Under the pieces are notes generated by a model. It was not told the DNA's origin. It worked only from the letters and a program-made list of their open reading frames with translations, and did not search any database. Shown piece after piece: positions 37,501 through 50,600 of a stretch of 64,000 nucleotides of DNA. The position numbers and the translations under genes were made by a program. Each line of letters starts with the position of its first letter. Positions within the stretch are counted from its first letter, which is position 1. This DNA comes from Azolla caroliniana (taxonomy: Eukaryota > Plantae > Polypodiophyta): positions 15,438,001 through 15,502,000 of the forward strand of contig JBHGNT010000006.1 in NCBI GenBank assembly GCA_043228905.1. The letters are read 5' to 3'.

Positions 37501-38539
37501 TTCACTTCCTTTCCGAGATGAGATTCTAGATAAAATAGTCTTACATACAAAACAAGGTAGAGTGGAGAAAGTCGTGTGCCAAGAAGGAATTTATATGGAT
37601 GAATCAAAGATCTAAGTAATTCAAAAGGTGAAAACTGCAACAAGTCTCAACGCTTTGAAGGTATTTGTGCAAAAGGTTTGCTCTCTCGAAAGATTTATTC
37701 ATATGTTGACATGCTTACTTCTCTCAAGAGCTATGTATCGTATGACCCTACTCGTGTTTGAAGAGTTGACGAAGACATAATAATTGTGGTAACCCCTTTC
37801 TTTGTGTTGACAAGGAGAAAGATGGTGATGGCAATTGTCAATGTGTGTGTGTGTGTGTGTTTAGAAGTGTGAGATTTTTCCTATCGACTAGTGGGGGTTT
37901 TACTCACATAATTTGTTTCTTTTTTATTTATTCTCTCCTTCTTTGTCTATAGCCATGAATAAGGCGAAGGAGAATCTTTGGTTTTATTAGTAGCTTAGGG
38001 TTCACCATAAATGGTTCACCAAGAAGCAAGGGGGAGGGCTAAATGTGAAAGTGTTTTTAGAATTCAAGTTATTGAACACTACAAGAATATAAGGTATGGA
38101 CCATTCACATATGGAGTTCAAGAACACGAACCAAGGTCTTGAGGATAAGTCAAACTAAAAGTAAGAAACATGGAGAAAAGTAAAAGAAGAAAAATGCGGG
38201 CCACCAAAACACAGTTTGAAATGAACGATCATAACTCTTTCGTTTGAAAACCAAATATAATGTGCAAATATGTGTTAGGAAGCTCGTGAAGTCAGCTATC
38301 TTTAGAACTTTAGATCTCTAAATTTGGAGATCGGATGAGAGATATATGACAATTAGAAGGTCTTTGTGTCATAGCTAAAAATAGGAGATAAACAACTTTT
38401 AAACAAAGCGTGAAAAAGAGAAGAATGAAGAAGAATAAGAAGATTATAAGAAGTGAGAAGGGGAAGATAGAAGATATAGAAGAAGTGATACCTTTGTAAT
38501 AAGGGGAGGAGAGTAAGGTTGGGGGTTTTGTTCTGAGTC
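34583..38539 (+). mobile_element. Degenerate Gypsy LTR element (gag and protease remnants, most of pol missing)
   Basis: 5' LTR 34583-35198 (TGTGAAAG..CTTTCATA); PBS-like TGGCGCTCCAGGGAGGG at 35200; CYSCGVEGHIATQC knuckle near 36070; PPT AAGGGGGAGGG; 3' LTR 38044-38539, truncated. Confidence 0.8.
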
Positions 38540-39600
38540 GTCGGAGGCAGCGAACTGGCTGCACCGATTGACTGCCGACTTCTTGGCAACAAACCGAATT
38601 GATCGACCAACGCCGACCATCTGCTGCGGCTCAAAAAGTGCAATACAACTCATCAATAATCCTGTCTATCATGCAAAGACAAAGCATATTGAGGCGCGGT
38701 ATCATCACATCCGGGAGCTAGTAACCGAAAAGAAACTCAAAGTCCGGAAGATCGACACCGAGGTGAACATCGTTGATTGCTTGACGAAGCCACATCCAGA
38801 TCAACGCTTCTAAGCACTGAGGACAAAGACAGAACTATGCCAAACGACCGAGCAAAAGAAAGCCAATTGAGGAGCAGAAGGTAAGTTGAAAACTGACCCG
38901 AACAGACTCTCCAGAGAAGCGAAGTCCGCAAATTCGGAAACACAAGGGACTGAAGAAACAACATTGAGCAAGGATATCGACTAGAAAGGAAATGATTGAG
39001 AGGCGAACAAACTCGGATGTAGATCAAGGATCCAACGAGGAACACAAGGGCAAGGCGAGCAGACGGCAAACAATCGACACAAGGCCAAAATCGAGAATCG
39101 GATACAAGTTGAATCCTACAAACGGATCAATTTGAGCGAAAGACAACTCGAACAAGTCGACTTGATCGACTAAAATCAGTCAAACCTTAAGACTAGCTGA
39201 CCTAGGCTAGACATTGACTTTATCTTTTCTAACTCGGCTATATGCCAACTGACTTGTAACATAAATTTAGATTAATTTGTAATCTAGGTTTATGGGGCAG
39301 ATAACCCTAAATCACTTCTATACGTAGGAAAGAGTAGTCCTTTTACGGGAGAGTTTGTTGGCATAAAAGGCCGACTCCTTCCACTTTGTATCTTAGTGTG
39401 AACATGTCCAAATAGTTAGGTCTTAGTATATAAGCTCTAACCTAACATTGTAATGTTATCCTTCTTGTATCTTGAGTCTTTGAGAATGTAAGAGTTATAG
39501 AATAATGAGAGCTTCCATTAGAGCTTGAAGTGTGTCTACCTTTCCATTCTTTCTTCTGTCATACTCTCTGTGTTGTTTGTTGTTCTCAGTTTCCGTTCCA
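38540..39600 (+). mobile_element. Copia B, part 3 (RNase H, 3' UTR, PPT and partial 3' LTR from about 39357)
   Basis: SEAA..SAIQLINNPVYHAKTKHIEARYHHIRE..NIVDCLTKP; GGGAGAGTT|TGTTGG. Confidence 0.75.
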
Positions 39601-39602
39601 GT

Positions 39603-42213
39603 TCTCCCCCTCAAGTGCAACATGTCGAGATGCTGAAGACCAAGCATCTCCGAAAAATGTTGCAACTTGTCTAGGCCTAGAGGTTTGGTGAAGATGTCGG
39701 CAACCTACCGATCCGTCTGGACATACCGGAGTTCTAACTCACTGTTGAGGACCCACTCATGTACAAAGTGATAATGCACTTCTATGTGCTTTGTCCGAGC
39801 ATGGAACACAAGGTTCTTGGCGAGTTGCATGGTGCTCATGTTGTCACAATAAATCAGGATCAGAGCCGGTATTTCGATCCGTAGGTCTTGCTGCAGCCGC
39901 GGAAGCCAGATGGCTTTGCAGGTGGCAACGGTAACGCCTCGATACTCAGCCTCAGTGCTCGAAAGAGCCAGAAGCGGTTGCTTTTTGCTGCTCCACACAA
40001 CAACCGCGCTACCTAGAGAGAATATGAATCCGGAAGTGGACCGTCAATCCGATGCATCTCTGGCCTAATCGGCATCGGTATATCCGACTAGCTTCTCGGT
40101 TATACCATGTCGGTATAATAGTCCTGGGTCCTTAGTGCCGTTAACATACCACAATATTCGGTGTGTGCATTGAAGGTGCTTCATAGTCAGCTTCTACATT
40201 AATTGGCAGATCACTCCAACCGTATAGCTAATGTCAGATTGGTGATCATCAAATATATAAGGCTTCTGACAATTTGTCGGAACTGTTTCTCATCGCAGGT
40301 CGGTCCGGAGTCGGGATGAAGCTTTAGGTTCCGGTCTAGGAGTGTGGAGGCTGGTTAACAATCCGTCATGTCGAACTTGTACAACATATTCAGAACATAG
40401 TGTCGCTGATATAACAATATGCCATCGGGGGTATGGATCACTTCGATCCCGAGGAAGTAATGAAGGTCCCCCAGGTCCTTCATTTTGAAAGCATCCGACA
40501 ATTGGAACTTTACTCAGCCGATTTCAGCAAGGTTGGGTTCGGTGATGACTAGATCATCCACATATAACAAGATACATACCGACCTTCTGGACCTTTTCAA
40601 ATGAACAACGAAGAGTCCGACTTTGAGGCCGCAAAATCCATCTTATGCAACCGGTGTGTGATCTTCGAATTCCAAGCACGGGTGGCTTGCTTTAGGTCGT
40701 AAAGGGACTTCTTGAGACGGCACACTGTCGACTTCTTCATCTCCGACTGAAAACCAGGGGGCTGGATCATGTAGACCTCTTCTTCAAGGTTGCCTTGAAG
40801 AAATGCATTCTTCATGTCCATTTGGTAAAGATGCCACCCCCTTGTCACAACAACCAATAGCACCACATGAACCGTCGTCATCTTCGCTACCGGAGCGAAG
40901 GTCTCGTCGTAGTCAATTCCGTGGGTCTGCGCGTATCCTTTGGCCACTAACTAGGCCTTGTACTAGTTGACTGAACTATTAACATTATACTTGACCTTGT
41001 ACACTCACTTGGAACCGATCGGTTTGCAACGTTGGGGAGGGTCAACCAGGTCCTATGTGTCGTTGGCATCAAGTGCCTGCATCTCTTCCTCAATAGTGGC
41101 ACGCCATTGTTCATCTTTTGTCGCGTCTTTGTAGCTCTCCAACTCACAAACTTCCGCCACTTTCATCATGTACGCATAGTGATGCGCCATGTACTCGTTA
41201 TAACCATACCGTTTGACGGGGTTTTTTTGGGGGGTCGATCGACGCAGACTTAGACTTGGCCTCCGAAGGTCCGTCTTCGTTTTGTCCAGAGTTGGATTCG
41301 CTCCGGTCTAACTCGTCTCTGCCAGTGTCATATTTTGGCATCTTCTTCTTCCCCTTTTCCTTGCATGTGAACTGTCTCCTCGGTTCCTTATGAGGGGAGA
41401 GCACAACTGAGTCTTCGCTGCGTGCCAACTCATCATCTTGCTGGTCCTTCCGACTCAGCACTTCATTCAGCTTGCTCAGCCAAAATGAGATCGGACTCTC
41501 ATCTAGAGTACCGAATCCTTCTTCATCTTCTGCCCGGATCATTTTGGGCTCACTAGCCTCATCCTTCGGAATCGTGTCGGGATCGAACATTGGAGCTGGT
41601 AGAGAGTACCATGATGCCGACTTATCGAATTCGACATCTCGGATCACTCAAACTTGTTTTGTTCAGGGGTTATAGCACTTATAACCCTTTTGTTCATGTG
41701 AGTAGCCGAGAAGGATTCACTTCTCCGACTTCGGGTCTAGCTTTCTCCGCTTCTCATCCGGCACATGCACATATGCAATGCTACTGAATATCTTAAGGTG
41801 TCTTAAATTCGGCTTCCACCCAAAATACAGCTCATGTGCTGACACCTTATCCTCGATCCACTTCGGCCCAATAGAACTTGGGCATGCTCTTCTCTTCCAT
41901 TATTGCCCGTGCCACCTCTACAATTGACCGGTTCTTCCTTTCAGCCACACCGTTTGTTCCGGTTGAATTCCCTCTGAACTCCTTTCTGCCGTAGATAATT
42001 GTTGAATTGGCTGGGAAAATATTCTTTTCCTCCATCTGACCACACACACTTGATCTTCTCCTCCGTTTCTCGTTCAACAAGACTTTGCAGGTTGCAAAAA
42101 CAGTCGAAAACTTCACTTTTCTTCTCTATGAGGTAGATCCATGTGTGCCGGCTATAGTCGTCGATGAAGGAGACGAAATATCAGCTCCCGCCAAGACTAA
42201 TGTTTTGTGTTGG
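39603..42213 (-). mobile_element. Copia C, 3' part (integrase, RT, RNase H; decayed)
   Basis: NGVAERKNRSIVEVAR; AKGYAQTHGIDYDETFAPV; LSSTEAEY; HARTKHIEVHYHFV. Confidence 0.88.
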
Positions 42214-43679
42214 TGTCGCAAAGATTCGCGTGCGTGTGTCGCTTCAATGGGACCGCCGAGGCCTTGGATTGGGGAAACAAAAGTAGTGAGGAAGTAGGAG
42301 ATTAAGACAAAGACATAGGAAAATATACATAAGTTTTGATATAGATTAGGGTTTTTGATTTTAATATTTTTACAATTGATGCATACACACTCGAGTTAAA
42401 AGAAAAGATGGGATAGAAAGTTAATCATGCACATGCAGTGTGCATGAAAACTAAAGTTAGGAAAAGCATGATGCTTGCATGTGATAAATTTAGACTCTTC
42501 CAACGCTATATAAGGGAGAGAGAAAGATGTATAGTGGTTTTTGCTTATTTTACAAGGGTGGATTAATATAATATAATCGTGGGATTCACGAATTTGCTAA
42601 CTATTTTTCTCTCTTAATCTAAGTACTCACTAATACACTATACTCGAGGGATTCACGAGGTTTTCATATCTTTCTTTCTTACAACATATTTCATATTCTT
42701 CATTGCCTTAGAAGTTTCTTTTCTCCTAGTCCAAAACCTCAGTGGTTCCCACCCGACTCATGCAACGATCCAGAGCCGAAAGGCACGACACAAGTGGTGA
42801 ACCCGACGTGAACACGGGTGGCAAGAGGATGGAAAATCAACCGGAGGCTAACAAAATGATGATGATGTTCGAGCGGATGCTTCAAGAACAACGTGCGATG
42901 TTAGAGATAGCGGCGGTAGTAGAGCGGCTCGTGCAACAGATTGGGCAATTCAACGGAAAGGACGTATCACGCTATCTTCGGGACTACAAGGCGGAAATGA
43001 TACGGTGCGGGATTTCGGAAGGACTGCAAGTGACATCCTTCAACAGGGTGGCTACCGATGGGCTTCAAGCAAGTATCCACGGGCTACGACAACAAAATCC
43101 GACGTGGGAAGCGTATGAAGAGGCACTGAAGACCACATTCGCTATCGAGGACTCCAAGGCAATGCGGAGAGGATTCGAGAATTGGGTGGAAACGCCGAAC
43201 AAGGGGATGAAGGTCCTCGATGTGTTTTCGGCATTCGAAAGTCGGTTCGGGAGGTTGTTTGCGAGAGATCAAGCTATCCTTGCACCGGACAAAGTTATCA
43301 TGTGTTGGGATTTCGGTCCCTCCGGATGGGATGTCCGGAGATGAATGACGGCAAGCCCGGTTGCGGTTACGGAACCGGAGGATGAAGAGTACCCGGCATG
43401 AAGCCGGATGAAGAGTACCGGGCTACGGATTCGGATGATGAAGACCCCGGCTACGGAGCCGGATGATGAAGACCCCGGCTACGGAGCCGGATGACGAATG
43501 TACCCGGAGAGAGATCCGGATGTGGGGACATATTTGTGAATATGTTTGCCAAGGGCCCTTGAGGATATATTTGTAAATAGCCCGAAAGTCATATGTGTAT
43601 AAATATGACTTAGGGCAAACAGTTTATGGGCTGTTACTCATTTTTCTGGTCTTCTACTTAGAGGGAGTGAAGTGAGCAG

Positions 43680-43710
<31 letters not shown>

Positions 43711-44006
43711 GAAGAGGTCGTTGCCTCTGTGTATTACCGCCGCCTGTGGCGAAGACAGTGAGCTCAAGGTTGTTGCCTTGTAGCTTCACCATTGTACATC
43801 TCTGTTTATAGTGATAGTTGGAGTTTGAGGACTCCCGTGGTTTTTCCCATTTAGGGTTTTCCACGTAAAACATCCTGTGTACTCTTCTCTCTATTGTCTT
43901 CGTACATATTTGTATTTCCTGTTTTTCTGTGAGTTGATCCTATTCCTCGGTTGCGGCCGAGCACTGTGTTTAACAAAGTGGTATCAGAGCGACGGTAACA
44001 CAGAAA

Positions 44007-46010
44007 ATGGAAGGCGGCGGTAGTGGATCTCCGGGCATGATGGTGTTGAACTCACAGAACTACGCCGACTGGAAGATAAAGATGGAAGACCTTCTCATCG
44101 TCCGAGACCTGTACGAACCGATCGACAATGCCGAGATACCCAAGGGGGTAATAGAGTCAGAGTGGAAGCTCCTGAACCAGAAAGCCGTAGCGACGATCCG
44201 GCAATATGTCGATGTAAGTGTCCTGCAACATGTGGCGAACGATACGAACGCCTATGAGATGTGGCAGAAGCTGTCCGGACTGTATGAGAGGAAGAATGCT
44301 CTAACCCGGACCTCCCTGATGAGGAAGATAGTGAATCTTAAGTACCGGGACGACGAGAGCATGGTCGAACACGTCAGCACGTTCATGGGATTCGTGAACT
44401 AGCTTGCGGCGATCAAGTTCCCGTTGGATGACGCAATGCAAGCCATCATGCTGATGTGTACCCTTCCGGAGAGCTGGGAGAACTTGGTAGTTACTCTCAG
44501 CACCTCCTGTAAGGAAGAGAACTTGTCTTTACTAACGGTAAAGACAAGTATTCTAAATGAAGAAGCGCGTCGGAGAGATAAAGAACCGGTCTCCGACTCG
44601 AAGGCGCTGCTTACCGAATCGGAACGGGGAAGACAACGGAACCGGAGTCCGCAAAGACGGGAGAAGTCGGGGACACGGTCGCAGTCGAGGGGAAGACCTA
44701 CATGCTTCTACTGTGGGAAGCCGGGGCACTTCCAGAAGAACTGTCGGCATTTCCGGAAAGACAACGGAACCGACGGTACCGATTCGAAGAAGTCACCGGA
44801 GCGAAACGGTGCATACCGGGGAGCCACGGACCGGAGAGGTCCGGATCGGCGAGGGCAGGACCGGAAAGGAACGACGGCACTCGCGGCAAGTGAAGAAGAG
44901 ATAATGCTCATTACCGAAGAGAGGGAGCTGAACCTTGCCGGTGAAGAGATGACCTGGGTGGTCGATTCCGGAGCGTCGTTCCACCTGACCCCGGAGAAGA
45001 AATACTTCTCATCCTATACAGCCGGTGAGCACGGCTGTGTCCGGATGGGAAATGAAGGTACATGCCGGATTGCCGGCATAGGAGACGTGTGGCTGATGAC
45101 ATCAACCGGATGCAAGATGCTGCTGAAGGATGTCCGACACGTTCCGGAGGTTCGATCGAACCTGATTTCGGCCGGGAGGCTAGACGATGAAGGCTACACG
45201 GGTAGCATCCGGAACGGTGTCATGAAGTTCAGCAAAGGGAGCCTGATAGTGGCTCGGGCCCGGAAGGTCAACACACTGTACCTGATGAATTCCCGGCTAT
45301 GTCCGGAGGAGCTGAACGTGGCAGCTGACACTGCCGGGGAGCTGTGGCACAAGAGACTGGGCCACATGAGCGAGAAGGGGATGAAGAGGCTTGCCGAAGA
45401 CAACCTGATACCGGTAAAGCATGTGCACCTGGAGAAGTGCACCGATTGCCTGGCCGGTAAGCAGAACCGAACCTCCTTCCACTCAAGGCCACCGACGAGA
45501 CGTAGCGCACCATTGGAGTTGGTGCACACTGACGTGTGTCAAGTAGAAACGAAGTCACATGGCGGAGCCCAGTACTTCGTGACATTCATTGATGACCACA
45601 GCCGGAAGCTGTGGACGGCACCGTTGAAGACAAAGGACCAAGTGTTGTGCGTCTTCAAAGAACTCCACGCGAGAGTGGAAAGGGATCCGGCAAGAAGCTG
45701 AAAGCGATACGAGCGGATAACGGAGGAGAATACCGAGGGCAATTTGAGGAGTATTATCGCTCGAAGGGAATCCGGCTCGAGTTTACTGTGCCGAAGACGC
45801 CGGAACTGAACGGGCTGGCCGAGAGGATGAACCAGACCATAATGGAGAGGGTCCGGAGTATGCTGGCGCATGCGAAATTACCCAAGGGGTTTTGGGCTGA
45901 GGCAATGTCGACGGCGACATACGTGATAAACAGATCACCCTCAGTACCTTTGGACGGAGACACACCGCAGAGAGTGTGGACCGGTAGGGAAGTATCCTAC
46001 CGGCATCTGA
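44007..46010 (+). pseudogene. Copia H polyprotein, 5' part (Gag, CCHC, protease, integrase)
   Basis: CFYCGKPGHFQKNC; WVVDSGASFH; LWHKRLGH; RADNGGEY; premature TAG at 44400; frameshift near 45690. Confidence 0.92.
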
Positions 46011-46059
46011 TGTCATGATAACAGTCACATCATGCATCGAAAGGATCATGACACTCACA

Positions 46060-46130
46060 TTATGACTCGAAAGGATTTGAACCCACGACCTTGTTGTACA
46101 CATGTCAAATCCTTAACCATTGTATTAATA
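46060..46130 (-). promoter_or_regulatory. tRNA-like A-box/B-box module in the chromovirus LTR (copy at about 51374-51444)
   Basis: Minus strand TAATACAATGGTTAA...AAGGTCGTGGGTTCAAATCC. Confidence 0.65.
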
Positions 46131-46144
46131 TTCTTATATGTATA

Positions 46145-46320
46145 GTCTCTAGAATATGAAATCTAATATCATAGGAATATTCTATATTACTCTACATTCT
46201 AGAATGACCTAGAATATTCTAGAGTGTTCTATACCACTAGAACCTTCTAGAATACTCTAGAGATCTTCTAGATTACTCTACATTCTAGGATAACCTAGAA
46301 TATTCTAGAGAGTTCTCTAT
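46145..46320 (+). promoter_or_regulatory. Array of heat-shock-element-like motifs upstream of the TATA box in the chromovirus LTR
   Basis: GAAccTTCtaGAA 46240-46252; repeated GAAtaTTCtaGA; TATAAATA at 46325. Confidence 0.65.
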
Positions 46321-46569
46321 TACTTATAAATAGGGATCTACCACCCATCCCAAACCTAAATTGGTTCAACACCATTTTGTAGCCTACTCTTTGTAATCCA
46401 TTTTACGCTTCAATATAATAATTCTCTTTCAATTATCTCTCTATCTCTTTTTCTCTCTCTTTCTCTCTCTCAGTCTTGACAGTTTGAACCAATTTTTTTC
46501 CTTTCATCTCTTCGTCTTCCACAAACCCTAACAAGTTCTCTTCTTCCTTCTCCTCTCCCCTCATAAGCT

Positions 46570-47694
46570 ATGGAGTCTGTGAGCAAACAAGAATACATGC
46601 GTGTTCTTTCTGAGCTCGACATGCTCACGAATAAATTTGTGGCATTAGAGCACGAGAATCAGAGGCTACTTGGAGATCTACAACACGTGAGCGCCGAAAA
46701 AGCTCAACAATATGAAGAGTTATCACAGCGGGTTCATCAACTTGAGGCGACTATATTGTCATTACGAGAGCAAGCGTCCGGGGCTCAGAACTCCCCTAGA
46801 GAGCCAAAGATCAGCCTCCCTGCCAAGTTTGATGGTACGAGGTCTTTATTTCGAGGCTTTTTGAATCAAGTTCGTTTAGTTATTCAGCTACATCCCAATC
46901 GGTATCCAACTGATGCTGCTCGTGTGGGATTAGTGGGAACTTTGCTATGCGGTACGACGTTAGCATGGTTCGCACCACTTCTCGAGAAGAAATCACCATT
47001 GCTGGAGGATTTCGAGGCCTTTGTTAAAGAGTTTCAAGCTAGTTTCGGAGACACCGACAGCACTAGGACAGCGATAAACAAGATTCGAAGGCTCCGACAA
47101 GGAGATCGTCCCGCGTCGTCTTATGTAGCCGATTTCCATCTCTTGGCATGCGATATCCCTTGGGATGAGGCAGCTTTAATGGATCAATTCCGTCAAGGTT
47201 TGAGAAATGATGTCAAAGATCTTCTTCTTACTTTCCCTGAAGATCCGAAGTCACTTACAGAAGCCATTAGTCGAGCTGTGCGATGTGATAATCGCCTATT
47301 TGAGCGACGTTCTGAGCGCCAACAAATGTTACGCCGCCAACCTGAACAGACTTACGCTTCCGTAGTTGCAACGCCTCCACAAGTTTCTAGACCCATTACA
47401 AGGGATGGCCCAACTCCGATGGAAATAGAGTCAACACAACGTCGTGGGCCGTTATCAGATGCTGAGAAGCAACGACGTCGAGCGCATCGCCTCTGCCTGT
47501 ATTGTGGTGGTCCAGGACATATAGCTGTAAATTGTCCACATAAACCTAGGCGTCAAGTATACCAAGTAAGTGCCCATGAAAACCCTACCTCGAGTTCTAT
47601 TGTTACTTCTAATAACATAAATAAGCCTCATAGTCCATGTCATGAGAATAGATTCGATGTCTTGAGTCAATTAGAGGATGTGTTAAACGAGTAA
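46570..47694 (+). CDS. gag: Chromovirus Gag (PEG10/sushi-like)
   Basis: PKISLPAKFDG; LRQG..YVADF; GPTPMEI; CLYCGGPGHIAVNC. Confidence 0.95.
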   Translation: MESVSKQEYMRVLSELDMLTNKFVALEHENQRLLGDLQHVSAEKAQQYEELSQRVHQLEATILSLREQASGAQNSPREPKISLPAKFDGTRSLFRGFLNQVRLVIQLHPNRYPTDAARVGLVGTLLCGTTLAWFAPLLEKKSPLLEDFEAFVKEFQASFGDTDSTRTAINKIRRLRQGDRPASSYVADFHLLACDIPWDEAALMDQFRQGLRNDVKDLLLTFPEDPKSLTEAISRAVRCDNRLFERRSERQQMLRRQPEQTYASVVATPPQVSRPITRDGPTPMEIESTQRRGPLSDAEKQRRRAHRLCLYCGGPGHIAVNCPHKPRRQVYQVSAHENPTSSSIVTSNNINKPHSPCHENRFDVLSQLEDVLNE

Positions 47695-50600
47695 GTCCGG
47701 CCAAAATAGGAGCCATTTGGCTGGACCATCCTAGCTATGTAGAGTTAGTTCCTAGTCGTGGTTCCATTTCATCAAATGAAGTGAGTCGAGTTTTTTCAGC
47801 ACAAGTCGAGCTTACCACATCTACATGTCATCGAGTCCTAGCCTCTGCCCTTCTAGATTCTGGAGCCAACTCTTGTTTCATGGATCGTGAATTTGCCTTG
47901 TCACAAAACATCCTCTTGAATAAGCTTCCCAACCCAGTAGCCGTAGGAGTCATCGATGGACGTCCCATAGCATCAGGAGATATAGTCGAGGAGTCCGAGC
48001 CAATTAGGATAGTTCTTGGCAATTTGGCAAGCATAATCTCTTTCAATATTATTCGTAGTCCGGACCACCCAATAGTTCTAGGTCTCCCCTGGTTTGAACT
48101 CCATAACCCGAAGATTGATTGGATGAAAAGAACAATTGAGGAGACTCGGGAAAAAAGCACAAATCCCGCATCCCTCTCTCCTACATGTGCTAATAGATCC
48201 CCGGAGTTATCGCCCATCTCTTTACGACAGTTGCGGGAGGAAGGGGGGAACGAGGCCATGTTCGTCTTCGCAATAGTAGCAACTCCATCATCCACTTCAC
48301 GTGACGCGGATATTAAACTACCAGAGAAATACAAGGAGTTTTCAGATGTCTTTGATAAGGTGAAGGCCAATACATTGCCGGAGCATCGGCCATACGACTG
48401 CCCTATTGACTTACAACCAGGGAAAGAACCTCCATGGGGCCCAATTTATAATCTCTCCCCTGTAGAGCTAGAGACTTTGCGGGAATATATTGATGAGAAT
48501 CTGGCAAACGGATTCATTCGGCATTCTAGATCCCCTGCTGGTGCACCTATCTTCTTCGTTAAGAAGAAGAATGGGACTCTTCGGTTGGTCGTGGATTATC
48601 GAGGGCTAAACAAAGTGACTATCCGAAATAGATATGCTCTACCATTAATCCCGAATCTTTTGGAACGTCTCAGTGGTGCAAAATATTTCACGAAGTTGGA
48701 CCTTCGCGGAGCATATAATCTAGTTCGGATTCGCCCGGGGGATGAATGGAAGACAGCTTTCCGCACTCGCTATGGACATTTTGAGTATACAGTGATGCCA
48801 TTTGGTCTCACGAATGCACCTGCTGTTTTCCAACATATGGCGAACGATATTTTTCGAGATTTTCTTGATATCTTCACTATAGTTTACCTAGATGATATTT
48901 TAATCTACTCAAAGACCCAAGAGGAGCATGATGCACATGTTCGTCAAGTACTGTGCCGACTCCGAGAATATGGTCTCTACGCAAAATTAGAAAAGTGTAG
49001 TTTCGGCCAGAATCAAGTGGAATTTTTGGGGTATGTTGTATCGTCAAATGGTATTGCTATGGACCCCATGAAGGTACAGGCAATTTTAGAGTGGCAAACG
49101 CCCCTTTCAGTGCGTGATGTGCAATGTTTTCTCGGGTTTGCAAATTTTTATCGAAAATTTATTAAAGATTATTCCAAGGTTGTGCTTCCGCTTACTCAGC
49201 TCACACATAAAGATCAACCATTTATATGGAGTTCAGATGCATCCGAGGCATTCGAAAGCTTAAAACGAGCATTTACAACGGCACCTATCTTAGCACATGT
49301 CGACCCAACAAAACGCTTCATCCTCGAAGCCGATGCATCCGATTTTGCACTAGGGAGTGTCCTCTCGCAGACTGGAGATGATGGACAACTACACCCTGTC
49401 GCCTTTCATTCACGAAAGTTTGAAGCTGCAGAGATCAACTACGAGATCCATGACAAAGAGCTTCTTGCAATCGTGGATTCGTTTCAACAATGGCGACATT
49501 TCCTAAAAGGTTCTTCTCAGCAGATCATTGTCTACAATGATCATAAGAACCTGACTTATTTCCAAAATGCTCGAGTCTTGAGTCGGCGACAAGCCCGGTG
49601 GGCGCAATTTTTGACTCACTTCGACTTTATCATCATATATCGCCCTGGGATGCAGCAAGGCAAAGCAGATGCTCTTTCTCGGCGCTCTTATATGGAACTT
49701 CGTCCAGGGGAACCTGCTTTTGAGCATCAAAAACAAATCCTTTTGGGTCCTAATCGATTACGATTAATGGTAGTTAACGCCATAACAACTCTTGAAAATT
49801 CCACTCTTCTTGATTCCATTCGAGATCATATGGCCACTGATGATTTCGCCAAGGATGTTTTGGATCATATCGTCCCGGATCGTGCTTCTTGCTCACAGTC
49901 GAAAAATCCTCATAATGACTATTGTCAGTTCTATTGGCATGATGGTTTTCTATTTCGACAAAATTTATTGTATGTTCCTGATGGTCCCCCACGGCTACAA
50001 GTTTTGCAACATTGCCATGACTCACCAATGGCTGGTCATTTTGGAGTTCACAAGACTCTAGAATTAATTTCTCGACGCTATTGGTGGCCTCGCCTTCGTC
50101 ATTTTGTTGAGGAGTATGTTCGGAGTTGTGATATATGTTGTCGATCAAAGAATCCTCGTCACCGACCCTATGGCTTACTACAACCACTTCCCATTCCGGA
50201 AACACCTTGGAAGTCTATATCCTTGGACTTCATTACTGATCTCCCAGTTTCAAAAGGTTTTGATGCAATTCTCACAGTGGTTGATCGATTTACCAAAATG
50301 GCACATTTCTTGCCATGTACAAAGTCGATTACTAGTCAAGAGACAGTTGATCTCGTTATGCGGGAGGTATTTAAGCATCATGGTCTGCCAGATGATATTA
50401 TTAGTGATCGTGGTCCACAATTCATCTCAAAGTTTTGGAAGCACCTGTTCAAACTTCTCCACATTTCAGTTAAGCTTTCTTCGGGCTATCATCCTGAAAC
50501 AAATGGCCAAACAGAGCGTACCAACCAGACATTGGAACAATATCTTCGTTGTTTCATCAACTATCAACAAGATGATTGGGTTGCATTTTTGCACTTGGCG

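Noticed and set aside
42214-42790. A single ordinary 5' LTR of element D
   Set aside because: The first ~165 bp do not match the 3' LTR, and the flanks pair with 58892, so it is better explained as D nested in E with a junction deletion.
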